DNA of 64,000 bases from Lama guanicoe (lineage: Eukaryota). How positions within the stretch are numbered: position 1 is the first letter of the stretch; each line of letters opens with the position of its first letter. The notes below the pieces were generated by a model, which made no database searches, was not told the DNA's origin, and was given only the letters and a program-made list of their open reading frames with translations. The DNA lies in contig MU053557.1 in NCBI GenBank assembly GCA_013239625.1, positions 3,440,123 to 3,504,122 on the forward strand. The letters run 5' to 3'. The position numbers were made by a program, and so were the translations under genes. Below, piece after piece: positions 27,406-40,551 of this stretch.

Positions 27406-29059
27406 AGTAGAAGCAGGGGGAGTAGAAGGAGGCGGTGTAGCTGTCAAGTGGAGACAGTGGTGGCTTGGACCGGAGTGGCTGGTAGCAGTACAGGTGTGGG
27501 GAGGTGAACGGATGCTTTGCAAGAAGAGCTAGCAGGATTTGCTCAAGAGTTAAACACGGTGGGGGATAGAGGAGAGGACAGGGAGGAACCAAAATATTTC
27601 TAGTGTTTTGACTTGAACAATTGAGTAGATAACAAGGTTATCACGTACTGAGCCAGGGAGTTCCCACGGAGGAGCAGTTTCGGGGAAGCAGTAAGAATGA
27701 AGACTTGTTGGGGAATATTCAGTTTGAAATGTCTTTTTCTAAAGCCTCTCTGTTGCTATTTTTTCTTTCTCAGTTCAGCGCAGTGATTCCCAAAGCAACC
27801 AAATGGCTACTTTTTCCTCCTTGTTGCATAACACAGACAAAAGCACATGGCCAGCAGAATGATTAGACATTTCCTTGGGTGCTAAACCATAAACACTCTG
27901 AAGGCAGGAGCCATGCCTGCACTGCGCATCATTCTATCTTCATGCCCAGCCCAGTACCTGGCACATATAAGCATCATAAAGAAAGATTTTGAAACTGAAC
28001 TGAAGAAACAGTCAGTAACCATTCACGGATAACTTACATCAGGAACTCAGAGGCACTGCACATAAATGATATTATTTAATCCTTACAAAAAATCCTATAA
28101 GCTAGTTGCTGCTATACCAATTCTACAGATTTAGAAACTGAGTCTAAGAGCAAGGGATCAAAGCACAGATGCCTTCCCTATAGAGCTGAATCAGGAGACA
28201 GAAATGAGTGAAGGGGGACAAGTATTGACCCGTGGGATGTAGTAGCTGGATATACTGTAGGATGACAGCCTCCCTTAAATGAGCAACCACTTCTTGGCTG
28301 CCACTGAAGCTCGATCTGTGCAAAAACAGCCACCCAATATTACCACGGCTGATTTTTCAAGAGAAGCTGGAAACCCAGTTTATTTTATAAATATGAAAGC
28401 TCTCAATTAAAAAAAAAAAGAAGACATTGTCCTAGAGCAAGCAGTCTAGAACCCAGTCCTGGCAGACACCTCTCACACTTTCCTTTGTGTACTAACCGCC
28501 TTTCTAGCGGGGAGAAACGTTAATCTGCTCCTCAGTAAATGTTATTGGTGACCCTGGTGTAACGCGCTGTCCCTGTGTGCTCAGCCAAATGTACTATTTG
28601 TTGGAGATGTTTCTTAAAATGGCTGAGGGTTGCACTAGGCACTTGCTTTTTGTGCCTAGAACACTGCAGCTATTCTTTGATGTTTGAACATCTGCCTGAC
28701 GCCTAGAGTGAAACCCCCCATCATACTGTCTGAGTGGCTAATGAATTCCTGTAGCCCATCTAATGCAATGATGCAACTGTGCTGACCTCACTGCCAGCAA
28801 GCCCTGCAATTTTACAATTAAAGATATCAAATGCTTCCCTTTTTCTTTTTTTCTTTTTAAAAAAGATTCATTTCCGGTTGCTGAGTTTGGTTTTTGGAGA
28901 CCGGATATCATACTGATGGTTCCCACTTAAATTAATTTCATAAAAATGGGACATTAGAAAATGCTGTCACTGACTTATCTTTTCAATTTTAAGCACAACA
29001 ACCCCTGAATAGAGTAGTGAGGAGGGACACAGGATGTTTTCAGTACCTAACAAATCGAA

Positions 29060-30350
29060 TTTGGTGAACAATTACGGAATGCTTATTATACGCCAGGATC
29101 TGTGCTAGGTCCTAGGACACCTAATGAACAAGTCACTGTCCTGCACTCATGTTTCAGTGGGGCAAATAGACACACAAATAATAGTAGATTGAGATCCAGG
29201 CTGTAATAGAAAGATTACAAAATGCTCTGGGAACATAGATGTGAAGAAGATTAATAATGACTTCATGCAGGCAGAGCTGGAAGAGGTCTAGGTCAAGGAA
29301 ACCTGCACAGGAGAGGTTACAACTCAGCTCTAACTTTAAAGATGGCCGGAGTTTCAGGATTCAGGTGTAAGAGAAGGTGCATTCTGGGGAATACAGCTAT
29401 TGCCTATCAAATGTTTGCCATGAATAAAGTACTGCACTGAGCACTGATAACTCCCTTCTTCCTAACAACCCAATGAGTTAAATTGTTTTAAGTGTCCGTT
29501 TTTCAGATTAAGAAACAGATGTCCAGAAAAGTAAAATACTTTAGTCAGGGCCTCACAGCTAGTCATGGGCAAAACTTACATTGTTATTCCAGGTCCATGG
29601 GACTTGAAAGCCTGGGCTTTTTAACACTATCCCTTATCACTAGGAAAGGGTAAGAAGCATGTGGGTATAAAATATTTGGGTTTGAGGGATAGAGATTAGT
29701 CCATTATGAGTAGAAGGTAACTTGCACTGATATGTGTTATGATGGTGGGGGGAGGTTACAGGTAGGAAGCAGCTGTGAGTATTTCAATATAAGGCTTGTA
29801 AACTGGGTCCAGATTTTGAGACTGCAAAGTTGGAGCTTCACTCCATAGGCAGCAAAGGCTCTTTGGATGCTTTTAAGATTTAGAGTCACATGACCAAGAA
29901 TGAGCTCATCAGATAAATCCAGGAGCTTTGAAGCAGCTTTGGAGAAACCAAATGCCAGAAAACCTATTAAAGGGTTACTGAAATAATCTAGACAAAAGAT
30001 GATGATGGTCTAAACTCAGAGACCGGCAGTGAGGACAGAAAAGAAGAGAAGGATGCACAACGATGTTGTGGAGGGAGAATCAACATGATTTCAGGGTGGA
30101 TTTATGGGAGGGATGAAGGCGAGGTATAGTGGGTGATGCTCGGGTTTCTGGCTTGAATAACTGAGTGGGCGTCGATGTGAAATTTGGAACATAACGGAAA
30201 GGTCTATGGCTGTTCAAGTTGGCAAGTCCAAGAAATAACTGGAAATATAGAAAATCTGTCTTGAAAACATAGATTTAGGAGCCACAAAAAAGGGAAGATC
30301 ACCGATATCCAGGTGAAGTGTGGGAATGAGAGGAAATAAAGACCTAAGAC
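29060..30350 (-). mobile_element. Degenerate L2 (interrupted by a MIR at ~29400-29630)
   Basis: Starts with the antisense L2 3'-end motif (atgcttattatacgccagg...gtgctagg), followed by a purine-rich L2 body. Boundaries approximate. Confidence 0.7.
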
Positions 30351-30724
30351 ACAACAGCAACAACAACAGTTATACGTGGATGTTCACAGTAAGGTTGAAC
30401 CTGATGTAAGCAAGATTCTTCCCGGGGCCTCTGTAAACTGTTTTAGTTAATTGTTTAGAATTAGCCAAGTTACTTTTTATCAACCAACTTTTCTTTTTTT
30501 TACAACTAATCAATCTTTAATTATTTAATGGCTAGAAGTCCGAGCATTCACCGATACGAGGATATCGGTGAGCCAAACATATCTGGAACATATGGACCCA
30601 TGTAAACGGGGGATCCATAGGGATAACTGAGCTAATTTGATTCAATCTATGTACATGTGTTTATTCTTCATTGCTTTAACAAAAGGAACACAGGTTACTT
30701 AAAAACATTCATATAAAAGTACCA

Positions 30725-30859
30725 AAGAGAAGGTACATATAGCTCAGTAGCAGAGCGGGTGCTTAGCATGCACAAGGTCCTGGGTTCAATCTCCAGTACC
30801 TCCATTAAAGAATATAAATAAACAAACAAACCTGGTTACCCCCTCCCCCCCAAAATTAA
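30725..30859 (+). mobile_element. tRNA-derived SINE (Vic-1-like)
   Basis: tatagctcagtagcagagc...gtcctgggttcaatc; TSD ataaaagta(c/t)ca at 30713-30724 and 30860-30871. Confidence 0.9.
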
Positions 30860-32319
30860 ATAAAAGTATCATAAACAGATGCACGTATCAGTGCCAAAGG
30901 AAAGGCCCAACATAAATACTAAAATCTTTTTTAAGAAGGAACTGTGATTACTCATGTTCCAACTGTAGTGGATTAAATGAAAGTACAAAGCTTTGAAAGA
31001 ATTACTTTTCAAAGCACCTTATATTTGTATGCAGTGACAAAAGTGTCAGAGAAAAGCATTCTATCAAAGACAATTTGCATTTGTGCTGTCTTTACAGGAG
31101 AAATGGTTTGTCAGGGAAGGTCAACAGAACCCGATAGGGAGGCTCTTGCCCTCCCTCCTTATCCTGCTACGTGCAGAGATTAGTACTGTCTAACCATTTA
31201 GCCTTGGAATTACTGCATACTTCACTTTCTAAGCTATTCAGAAACACTTTGCTCCTGAAAAGTTCTCATGGTTATAAAACATTAAACAAAAAAAACCTGC
31301 TGAGTGTGATGGGCTGTATTATATCTCGTTTTGTTTGAGGAACTGAAAAAGCTTTACAAACAAGATCTAGTAAGTCTCTTTAAGACAGCGGTTTGTGGGA
31401 ACCCTTGGCCACTCAGTGGAGACCAGAGGCAGACAGGTAAGGGGAGAAGAGAGACAGAGAGGAGAAAAGGAGAGCAAGCAGGCACCCACTGTCATCTACA
31501 GTCACCAAAGAGGTTCAGGGCTGCACACATTTGTCCTCCGATTGCTCTTGTCAGTATAAACAGCCAGCGCTCTACCCTTCCCATGTGGTAGCTGCTCTTT
31601 CCAGAGTTTGCCATCTGTTAACACAGGTGAACAGCGGCAAACAAAAGACCAGAAGTGCAGAGGGTAGGAGGGAAAGGGGGAAGACAAGAAAGACGAACAA
31701 TTCGGAGTGCTCCCTGTGTTTGGGAAACTGCACTAGATATTGCCACATTTGCAGCAGGCTCTCCATACTTGAATCCTTCCCTTTCTCATAATTTATGCTC
31801 TGATTAAAGGAAACTGGTATTTGTAGAGGAAAAAAAAATCCCCCTGAATTAAAACTGCTGGTTATGAAATAAGCTAATTTATGTCAGAGCATGAAGGCCA
31901 GAAGGAAAGGGCAGATGCAGCGTTGGGTCAAGGGTGGTGCGTACACTCTGTATAGAGATGACACCAGGTAGGACCCATTCCGTGCTCATAAAACACTACG
32001 ACCAAAAGTGAAGAAGCCAGGGGGCAAGGGACAGAAGGAGCCATTGGCACAAAGAATACAAATTACCCACAGGTCTTTCCTTTAGCAGAGAACTCTTCAC
32101 AAATGAACTCTTTGCCTTAAGTTCTTGACTTTGGTAGCAGGTTGGAATCTGCGCTGTGGCATTTCGGAGACATCCTCTTTGTCCTTCTACCCACAGGATG
32201 AAACTTGATCCTTACATTTTTATAAAATCTAGAGAAGACCTTTGAAAAGTTATAGCTTTCAAAGAAAAGAGAGCTACTGAAAGCAAGGCAGGCATAGGAG
32301 CCCAATGTCTGTGGAGTCG

Positions 32320-32530
32320 ACGGACCTAATTGTGAACCCAGCTTCTGCCACTTACTTTGGGCCCAGTTACATAATCTCTGGACCCTGGTTTCCTTTCCTA
32401 TGAAATGAGCAATAACAATAATATCTATAATATCTAACACTCAGGGCGACTGTCGTAATGAAATGTGGTAGGCATGTGGACATTTAGCACAAATGCCAGG
32501 CATGTGGTAAGAATTCAACACATACTAGTT
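32320..32530 (+). mobile_element. MIR SINE
   Basis: ctgccacttactttgggcccagttacataatctctg...atttagcacaaatgccaggcatgtggtaag. Confidence 0.75.
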
Positions 32531-32670
32531 TATGCTGGTAGCAATTTTTTTAAAATCATGGGATGATAATGTACTTACTTGTGAGGCTTAATGTCAATCT
32601 ATACCATTTTTGGAGAATTCTGAAGATTTTTTATAAATATGTGTGATGAAAATGTTGATACAAATGTCTG

Positions 32671-32674
<4 letters not shown>

Positions 32675-32708
<34 letters not shown>
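32675..32708. repeat. (TA)n microsatellite
   Basis: Directly visible. Confidence 0.95.
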
Positions 32709-32711
<3 letters not shown>

Positions 32712-33200
32712 TCAATATAAAATTTTATATGTATACATCAATCCACAAGATTACCTTCTTCCTTCTTTTCTAGAATACATCAAGAATTAATGTTGATTAA
32801 CTTGTTTTTCATTTCAAAATATGAGCCATAAATTTTTTAACTCATGCATAAGCTACACCATATGCTATTTAACTTTTAAAGGACAAATTTATCTATTAAA
32901 AAGCTATTCATCAGCAACATTATTTTAGGTAAGATAGTCAAGTGCTGTAATAAACAGTTTCATAAAGATTCAGAAAATAATATGGGTCCCTAAAGCTTGA
33001 TTCCTCCAATTAAAGTGCAAAGACAATAATGAGAACACAGTAAGTACTGAGGTCATCAAAATGTTGGCCACTTTTTCCTAATTTTACAACTTTATTTAAA
33101 TAGTTATAGAAATCTATATGGCACTGTAACAAATAATGTAAATACTTTCTATTGGTAATTGAAAGACAATGATTAATTGCTAAAATACACATGAAAGCTA

Positions 33201-33439
33201 TACAGTATAATCTTGTTTATCTATTCTACAATTTTGAAATACTGTATAGCACAGGGAAATATACACAAGATCTTACGGTAGCTCACAGAGAAAAAAATGT
33301 GACAATGAATATATATATGTTCATGTATAACCGAAAAGTTGTGCTCTACACTGGAATTTGACACAACATTGTAAAATGATTATAAATCAATAAAAAATGT
33401 TAATAAATAAATAAATAAAATACCTTGGTTTAAAAAAAA
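33201..33439 (+). mobile_element. Young L1 3' end with 5' inversion (twin priming)
   Basis: 33201-33240 is antisense L1 3' UTR and 33240-33420 is sense. TSD atgaaagcta at 33191-33200 and 33440-33449. Confidence 0.88.
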
Positions 33440-34348
33440 ATGAAAGCTAATTTTAGGAAAGGTAAAGGTAACTTAGTTAAAAAGACATGTAATATAAAAT
33501 AGAGCAAAGAAAAATATTTTTAAAAAACTAAGATAACCTACAGTTTATACCATACATCAAAATAAGCTTCATCAAATAAGCTTAATAAGTTAACTATGAC
33601 TTTCAAAAAAGCCTAATTAAAATGGACTATCAGACCTTCAAAGGCTCAATAACTTCCTAAAGTTTGAAAAAATGGAAACTCTATTTTACAAAAAGTCCAA
33701 CAGATTTAAGTATAAAAGCTTTAGATTTTTATACAATGAAAATCCCTGTAGAACACACAGAAAGGCACTATACATGCATGCAAAAACTAAACAAACAAAC
33801 AAAAAGGAAAACAAGAGCACAATTTATGAGGCTATGTGTAGTTCTGGTGCATCATTAAGGTCTTTCACACACTGACTAATTCTTCTACTGCATATTGGAA
33901 AGTGTTCACTGTCCACTCTGTTAACTCTTGGACACCTCTCTATCTCTGAATACCATTGTGCCTCATCTCATTTTTGGTGATAAAGGACTCAAGGGTTGGG
34001 GAGAGAGGTAACAGACTTTCAAAGTCACTCTTTGATCTGATTTCCATTTACAGGCAAATTATCCCCAGAAAATAAGTGAGAAGAATAAAACTGCATACCT
34101 AAAGATGTTCATATCAGTGTTATCTAATCATGGAAAACAAAAGGAAAAAAAAAACAGAAGGAAGGTACAGAGGATTTGTTTTTTAAAAAAGGAAAGAAAG
34201 GAGAGAGTGGGAGAAGGAGGAAATCAAAGGAGGAGGGAAAAAGGAAAAAGGAAATGCCCTGAATGTCCTATGAGATGGCATATCAATTAGATTTATTATT
34301 TTTTTAAAGATAGCTTTGTGGACCATGCAGTCATGACATTTTACCTCA

Positions 34349-34549
34349 GTTAGGTCAAATACAAAGCAAGAGTAGAAAATTAAATAGAATTAGAAATGAG
34401 CTACCGCATTAAAGCGACCTGTTATCAACCAGACAATATGGTGGGTGGAATGGAAAACAATTAGGGACCCAGAGGCAGATAGCTGGGTCACTAATGAGCT
34501 GTGTGGCCTCAGGAAAGTGAGCAGCCTCTCTGAACTTAGTCTCCTCCCA
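34349..34549 (+). repeat. ~200-bp direct repeat, copy A
   Basis: Manual alignment with 39281-39477 gives 10 substitutions and one 4-nt indel. Confidence 0.95.
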
Positions 34550-34564
34550 CGAGCTCTAGTCCAG

Positions 34565-35950
34565 AGCATTCACTCAACACACACTTGAGTGCCTGCTCTT
34601 CAGGCACTGTGTGAGACTTCAGGGATATGGAAATGAACAAATAAAGTGCTGGTGGCAGTGAAAACACAAACATGTCACTACACAAAATATCATCAGGGAC
34701 AAGCGTCATACAGATTGTCAGGATGGAGCGAGGGGATGGGAGTGTCTAGACTGGGTGATCTGAGAGATCCTCTCTGAAAAGAAGACACTTGAGCTGGGAT
34801 CTGAATGAGAAGAAGGAGTCAACTCCTTCAAGTAAGAGAGAAGAGTATTCCAAGAAGAGTGTGTGAGGTACAGAAAGAGGAGCACACGCGGAAGAGACTA
34901 GCAGAACTGAAGAATTTGGGCGGGGGGAGGTAATTAGGCTTACCTATTTATTTCAGAGGAAGTGTCAGGGATTGAACCCAGGATCTCATGCATGCTAAGC
35001 ATGTGCTCTACCGTTTGAGCTGCACCCTCCCCCAGAACTGGACATCAGAGACGTATGCAAGGTCACTTTGTAGGACTAGTGAACTTTGATAAGGAGGTTG
35101 TATTTAATAAATGATTTTGAAGTGAAAGTTGTAATCCAATTTATGTTTAAAAGGATTGCTCTGTTTTCTGGGAGGAGAATCTACTGAAGCAGGCAATCCC
35201 ACTAGTAAGTTACTGAGGTGGTTCCGGCAGCGGAAGATGGCGGCTTTAACTAGAAGGTAGAAACAGAGATGAAAAAGTAGACCAATTTAGGGAATGTTTT
35301 GAGGGAAAAGTAATAGGACTGTTAATAGATTGGATGCGGGATATCAGGGAAAGAAAGAAATCAAGGGCAGTTCCACAAACTGGCTTAAAAAGCTTAGAGG
35401 CTATCCACACCATTTACTAAGACGGAGACGGGGGAAGGGTGAGCTCGTGCTCGGTGTCACTTGCACGGAAGTCAAGCGCTCTACTCTGTCCCAGTTAAGT
35501 CTGAAAGACTAGTAAGCATATTATCAGAAATGTTGAATAGGTGACTAACCCTGAGTCTGGACTCACTGGGGAGGCAGGACTGGAAATGGATGTTGTCATA
35601 CTTTGGATGAGAATGTATGAGATCACCTAGGAGAGTGTAGCTAGAGAGCTTAAAACATTCTGGGACTGAGCCTTGGCGAACTCAAATACTTAGAGGTGGA
35701 AAGTAGAAAAGGGACCAGCCAGAAGAATGGAGTTGAGGGAGCCAGTGAAAGAGAAGAGAACGTCAGGGAGTGCACAGTGTAGAAACCGTGAAGGGGCTGG
35801 TCAACAGAGGTCAAGGCAAGAGAAGATCAAGATGAGAAAAGGACTAAACGACCAGAATCTGGAGTCTCAGGGGAGTGATGGGAATGCAAGCCTGTCCAGA
35901 GTGGGTTAAGGAGAAAGTGGTGATGGGTGTAGAATGAACTGAGGAACAGC
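34565..35950 (-). mobile_element. Degenerate L2
   Basis: cattcactcaacacacacttgagtgcctgct...aggcactgtg followed by an L2-like purine-rich body. Confidence 0.7.
34914..35032 (-). mobile_element. tRNA-derived SINE (Vic-1-like), nested in an L2
   Basis: gggattgaacccaggatctcatgcatgctaagcatgtgctctacc...gagctgcaccctcccc, flanked on both sides by cagaactg. Confidence 0.88.
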
Positions 35951-36559
35951 TTTTTCAACAGGTGTTCCTGCACAGACTATAAATGGGGCAATGATTAAAG
36001 GGGGTGTTGAGGTCAAAAGAGGAATTTTTTAAGATTTGAGATACAAGAGCATATGACATGCTGATGCGAGTAAGCGAGTTGAGAGGAAGAAATGGATGAT
36101 TCAGGGGGAAGTGGATACAATTGCAGGAGGAAAGACCTTGAGAAGGTGAAATGGGATGGGATCCAGAACCCACAGGCTCCCCTCTGGCTTTGATGGGGAC
36201 GGGGAGTCTCTTCCGCTATGAAAAGTATGAGGCCCACACGCAAATATACACTCTAATGATAACTATGGCCTCGTATTTGTATTAGCCAGGTGGGCAGGAA
36301 ATATGAGTGTTAGAAGAGTTAAATGAGGACACTAAGGGGAAATCTTTCTCCTTCTTGTGTCTTTTAATATATTTTTATAATAAATAGAATTTTTTAAGTA
36401 ATAAATTCTCAAAAAAGTTCCTAAATCAAAGTGTTCTCACAAATTATATGGCAAGAAAAGACTTGATGAATATACAGTTGTTTTGATATATAAAAAACAC
36501 CTTGGCTATTATATTTTAACAATGTGGTGCTTTTGGTGGTAATACTATATACCACCACT

Positions 36560-37010
36560 GCATTAATTCTTCATAGAGTAATAAATGCCTGTATAGTCTT
36601 ACTATACGCCATACTGTTGTAAAAATTTTATAAATATCAACGCCTAAAATAACACTGACTATGTAGGTAGCATCATTATTCCCATACAAGGAGTCTGAGG
36701 CACAGAGAGGTTAAGTAACTTGTCCAGAATCACACAGCTAACAAGTCAAGGAGCTGAGATTCAAACCCCAGCACTCTGATGCCAGAATCCTTGCCCTGAA
36801 CCTCTCTGCTGAGCTTTGGATATGTTATCTCATTTCATCTTTACAACAAAATTTTAAGAAAAGTATATTATTATTATATATTTAACAGCTAAGAAAAGTG
36901 AGACTTTGAAAGGTTAAATAATTTCCTCAAGATTATAGTGTTCATGTGGCTGGACCAGCATTCAATCTGGATCTTTCTCTCTGTAAGTATGTATTCTCAG
37001 CACTTAACAC
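36560..37010 (-). mobile_element. Two tandem MIRs
   Basis: ctgaggcacagagaggttaagtaacttgtccagaatcacacagct and aagtgagactttgaaaggttaaataatttcctcaag. Confidence 0.75.
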
Positions 37011-37665
37011 TATATTAACTTTTAAAAACAGACAAAGAAAGAAGCTTAGACGTCTCATCAATCAAAAATGCCAAATATATATGATGAGTGGTGTAGAAAG
37101 GGAATTTTTTGATCACAGGATAAAAACAGATTAAATTAAGTGATGATGAGCTTAATTCAATGTTTAATGATACAATATGCATGGGTTTATAAGACAGTTG
37201 TAATTACTAAGTTCAAGAATTTTACAATCTGGACACATTTTATTCCACATAAAAGTCACTTTAAAAATATAGGATAAAATATATATGCCTATATGAATAT
37301 TTCTAAAAATGTTCATTTGAAAAAATAAGCTTTACAGACAAGCGAAAAAAAAGGAAAGAAGGAAGGAAAGGAGGGTGAGAGGGAAGGAGGAAGAAAACCA
37401 AATCTGGAAAAGATTTGAAGGTTTGTTGCATATAATTCTAGACGCTGTACACACAAACACACACACAGAGAAACACATTTTTATATAAACAGGATCATAC
37501 TATGTGTGCTTTCTAGTTACCTTCTTTTCTAACTAAAACCATACTGGGAGCACTGTCTACATCAACAAGCGTGGTATAAATTGTTATTTCTGTGATTGCA
37601 TTATATTCCATTGTTGGCTTGTACTCTGTCATGCAATTTTCTCCTATTACTGGATGATAAGGTTG

Positions 37666-38050
37666 TGTATTAGTTCGCTGGGGTGCCAAAACAAAATCCC
37701 AGAGGCCGATGGCTTAGACAGCACACATTTATTTTCTCACAGTTCTGAAGGCTGGAAGTGCAAGACCAAGGTGCCAGCAAAGTTGTTTTCTGGTGACGCC
37801 TTTCTTCTTGACTTGCAGATAACTGCCTTCTCACTGTGTCCTCACAGGGCTGTTCCTCTCTGTTTGTGCACATTCCTGGGGTAGCCTTCTGCTTCTTATA
37901 AGAACACCAGTTGTATTGTATTAGGGTCCCACTCTTATGACTTGACTTAACCCTAATTTCCTCTTAAAAAGCTCTATCTCCAAATACAGTCACACTGGTG
38001 TTCAGGCTTCAACATATGAATTTGCGGGGCACAGAACTCAGCCCATAACA
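37666..38050 (-). mobile_element. MaLR solo LTR (MLT1A/B-like), nested in an old minus-strand L1
   Basis: tgtattag...ctcacagttctgaaggctggaag...tctccaaatacagtcaca...gcccataaca, the reverse complement of the same family. Confidence 0.88.
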
Positions 38051-38588
38051 GACTGTGTCTAATTTTCTGGTAGTACACATCATATTGATGATAAATGATA
38101 AGGTGATTATCATCTAGGCATTTCTCTAGGATCTATTCCCATCAGCATAATTGCTAGGGCAAAGAGTGTGCCATTTTAAGGCTTTTGGTATGAATTGCAA
38201 GTTGTTTTCTGGAAATGTTTTTCCCTTGGAACTTCTGCCGGTAGACTATGAGAATGACAACACAACCATTTTAAAGAACAAAATCCATGTGCAATATTTT
38301 CTAGCCCTCACCTCAATAGCAGCTCAAGCCATTGATTCTTGACTGCCTATGTCGTGGGGCAAGTGGCCCCAGACTGCGATGGCTTCAAAGACCAGACCCC
38401 TAGCAGTCAGTCTTCTGCTCCTGCAATCCTATCTGAATTCTGGAGAGAACTTCATGAGGAAGGCACAGCGTTAGAAGCGCCTGGCTTGATGTATTCAGAG
38501 AGTCTCTTTTAGTATCTTTGCTGTCTGTGTTTTAAATTACCCCCTTTTAGTTCTTCACACTGCATTAGGAAGATAAAAACATGTATTA

Positions 38589-38696
38589 TGTATGTGTATG
38601 ACTGAAGCATTATGCTGTACACCAGAAACTGACACATTGTAACTGACTATCCTTCAATTAAAAAAAAAAAAGAAAAGAAGAAGAAGAAGAAAAAAA
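38589..38696 (+). mobile_element. Short L1 3' end with A/GAA tail
   Basis: tgtatgactgaagcattatgctgtacaccagaaactgacacattgtaactgact matches 25026-25080. Confidence 0.85.
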
Positions 38697-39280
38697 CCCA
38701 GGTCCTCTCTGACAAACAGAACCATGGTAGGATAGAAGTGTGGGCATGTGCTAGTTAACTCGGGGGAGGCTGGAAGGCTGACTTCTCTAGCTTCCTGTAA
38801 GTTATCACAGTTGAAAGGGAGCCTTTCCCTACTCAGCACTCTCTCTGCTGTCTCCTGCAGGGGTCAGGTTACTCCAGGCTTCTGAATATCCTAGAGGCAC
38901 TGCAGGGACTTAAGTTCAGAATCACTGTCGCCTCTTCAGTGCCTTTTGTCTCAAGGGAGCTGCCTCCACAACCTGTAGAATACCCCAGTTTAGAGGGGGC
39001 AGGAATCTCAAATTGAAATAGAGACAAGGTAGGTTCTTTCATGCAGGGAAGAGAGAGAGCTAATCCATGTATTATTGTCTTTAACATTGTTCGTGGAATA
39101 CAGGAGCATTTTAATGAATTGGACACTTTGAGGTTTAATGTAATTTCGCAGAGTGGAAAAAAATATAATGGGGAAGATACCAAGAGAGGAAGGAAAACTT
39201 GGCATGAACAAGAAAGGCCATTTAAAAGCAAATAACCAAGACCTAATTATATTTAATGTTTCTACCATAACATTTTTTCT

Positions 39281-39477
39281 GTTAGGTCAAATACAAAGCA
39301 AGAATAGAAAATTAAATAAAATTATAAATGAGCTACCGCATTAAAGTGACCTGTTATCAACCAGACAACATGGTGGAATGGAAAACAATTAGGGACCCAG
39401 AGGCAGACAGCTGGGTCACTAATGAGCTGTGTGGCCTCAGGAAAGTAAGCAACCTCTCTGAATTTAGTGTCCTCCCA
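39281..39477 (+). repeat. ~200-bp direct repeat, copy B
   Basis: Matches copy A. Here the MIR part continues intact downstream. Confidence 0.95.
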
Positions 39478-40551
39478 TAGCGTATGAGGATGTTAATACC
39501 GACTTAACAGAAGAGTTAACAGGCTTAAATGAGATAACGAGCAAAACACCCAGGACAGTACATGGCATAGAGAATGCACACGTAAAACAGAGGTTTCCTT
39601 CCACTTCTGGGAAATGGAGGAGGACTGCAAATTCTTCAAGAGCCTTTCAGTCTAGTTGTGGAGACAAAATGAGAACATTTTAAACAAGGAGAACAATTAT
39701 GCAGTAAACAGTGCCGTAGTGATCACAAGCATGATAGGAATTCAGACAAAAGAAGAATTGAGTGCATGGGACACTGCCAGTGAGAGATGCTTCTAACTGT
39801 TGGGTCCTCCAAACTGGGTGTCTGGGATAAGTTCACAGAGAAGCAAACGGAGGAAAGAGGATATTGAGAGGGGGTGGGAGAGGTGGGGGATGCTGGAGCA
39901 GACACAAATAAATGGTAGGGACATTAAATAAAATTAATCAAAAGTGATAAATGAAACTCTTCAACTGACTTATAATTTATGGAAAAAGCAATTCATGCTC
40001 ATAACACATACATTAAAAAAATAACTAGAATGACTATGAAGGATTACAGTATGATGATGTAATAAATAAATACTAACAGATAATAATCAGGGTTTATCAG
40101 AATTCATTTTGTAAATTAAGAAAAAGATCAGTGAATAAAAACCAATTGGTCATATTTTCCAGAAAGGAAAGAACCCTGATCTTACTTTGCAAAATTATTA
40201 GTAGATAGAACATCAAGAAAGCTCACTTTTTTCTACTGACAGTGATGATGTAGTCACTCTGGTTTGCTTAAATTGACCTTGGGGCTTGTCCTTCAGAATC
40301 AGAACAGCTTAAAACTGGTAGGAGAGCATTGCTGGTCTTCATTTGGCTTGTCTAAATCCTAGGGTTTTCATTTCTTACATATACTTATGATTGATCATTA
40401 TTTTAATTCAGATTTTAAAAAAAACAAACTAGAATAATGAAATAATTTATCTTAATGGTGAAAGAATATAAAGCCTGCTTTTCCTTCCCTAAATATCCAT
40501 CAGAAACTTTCTAAAATGTTCAGATAAAGGCAACTTAAAAAGTTCTTTTGG

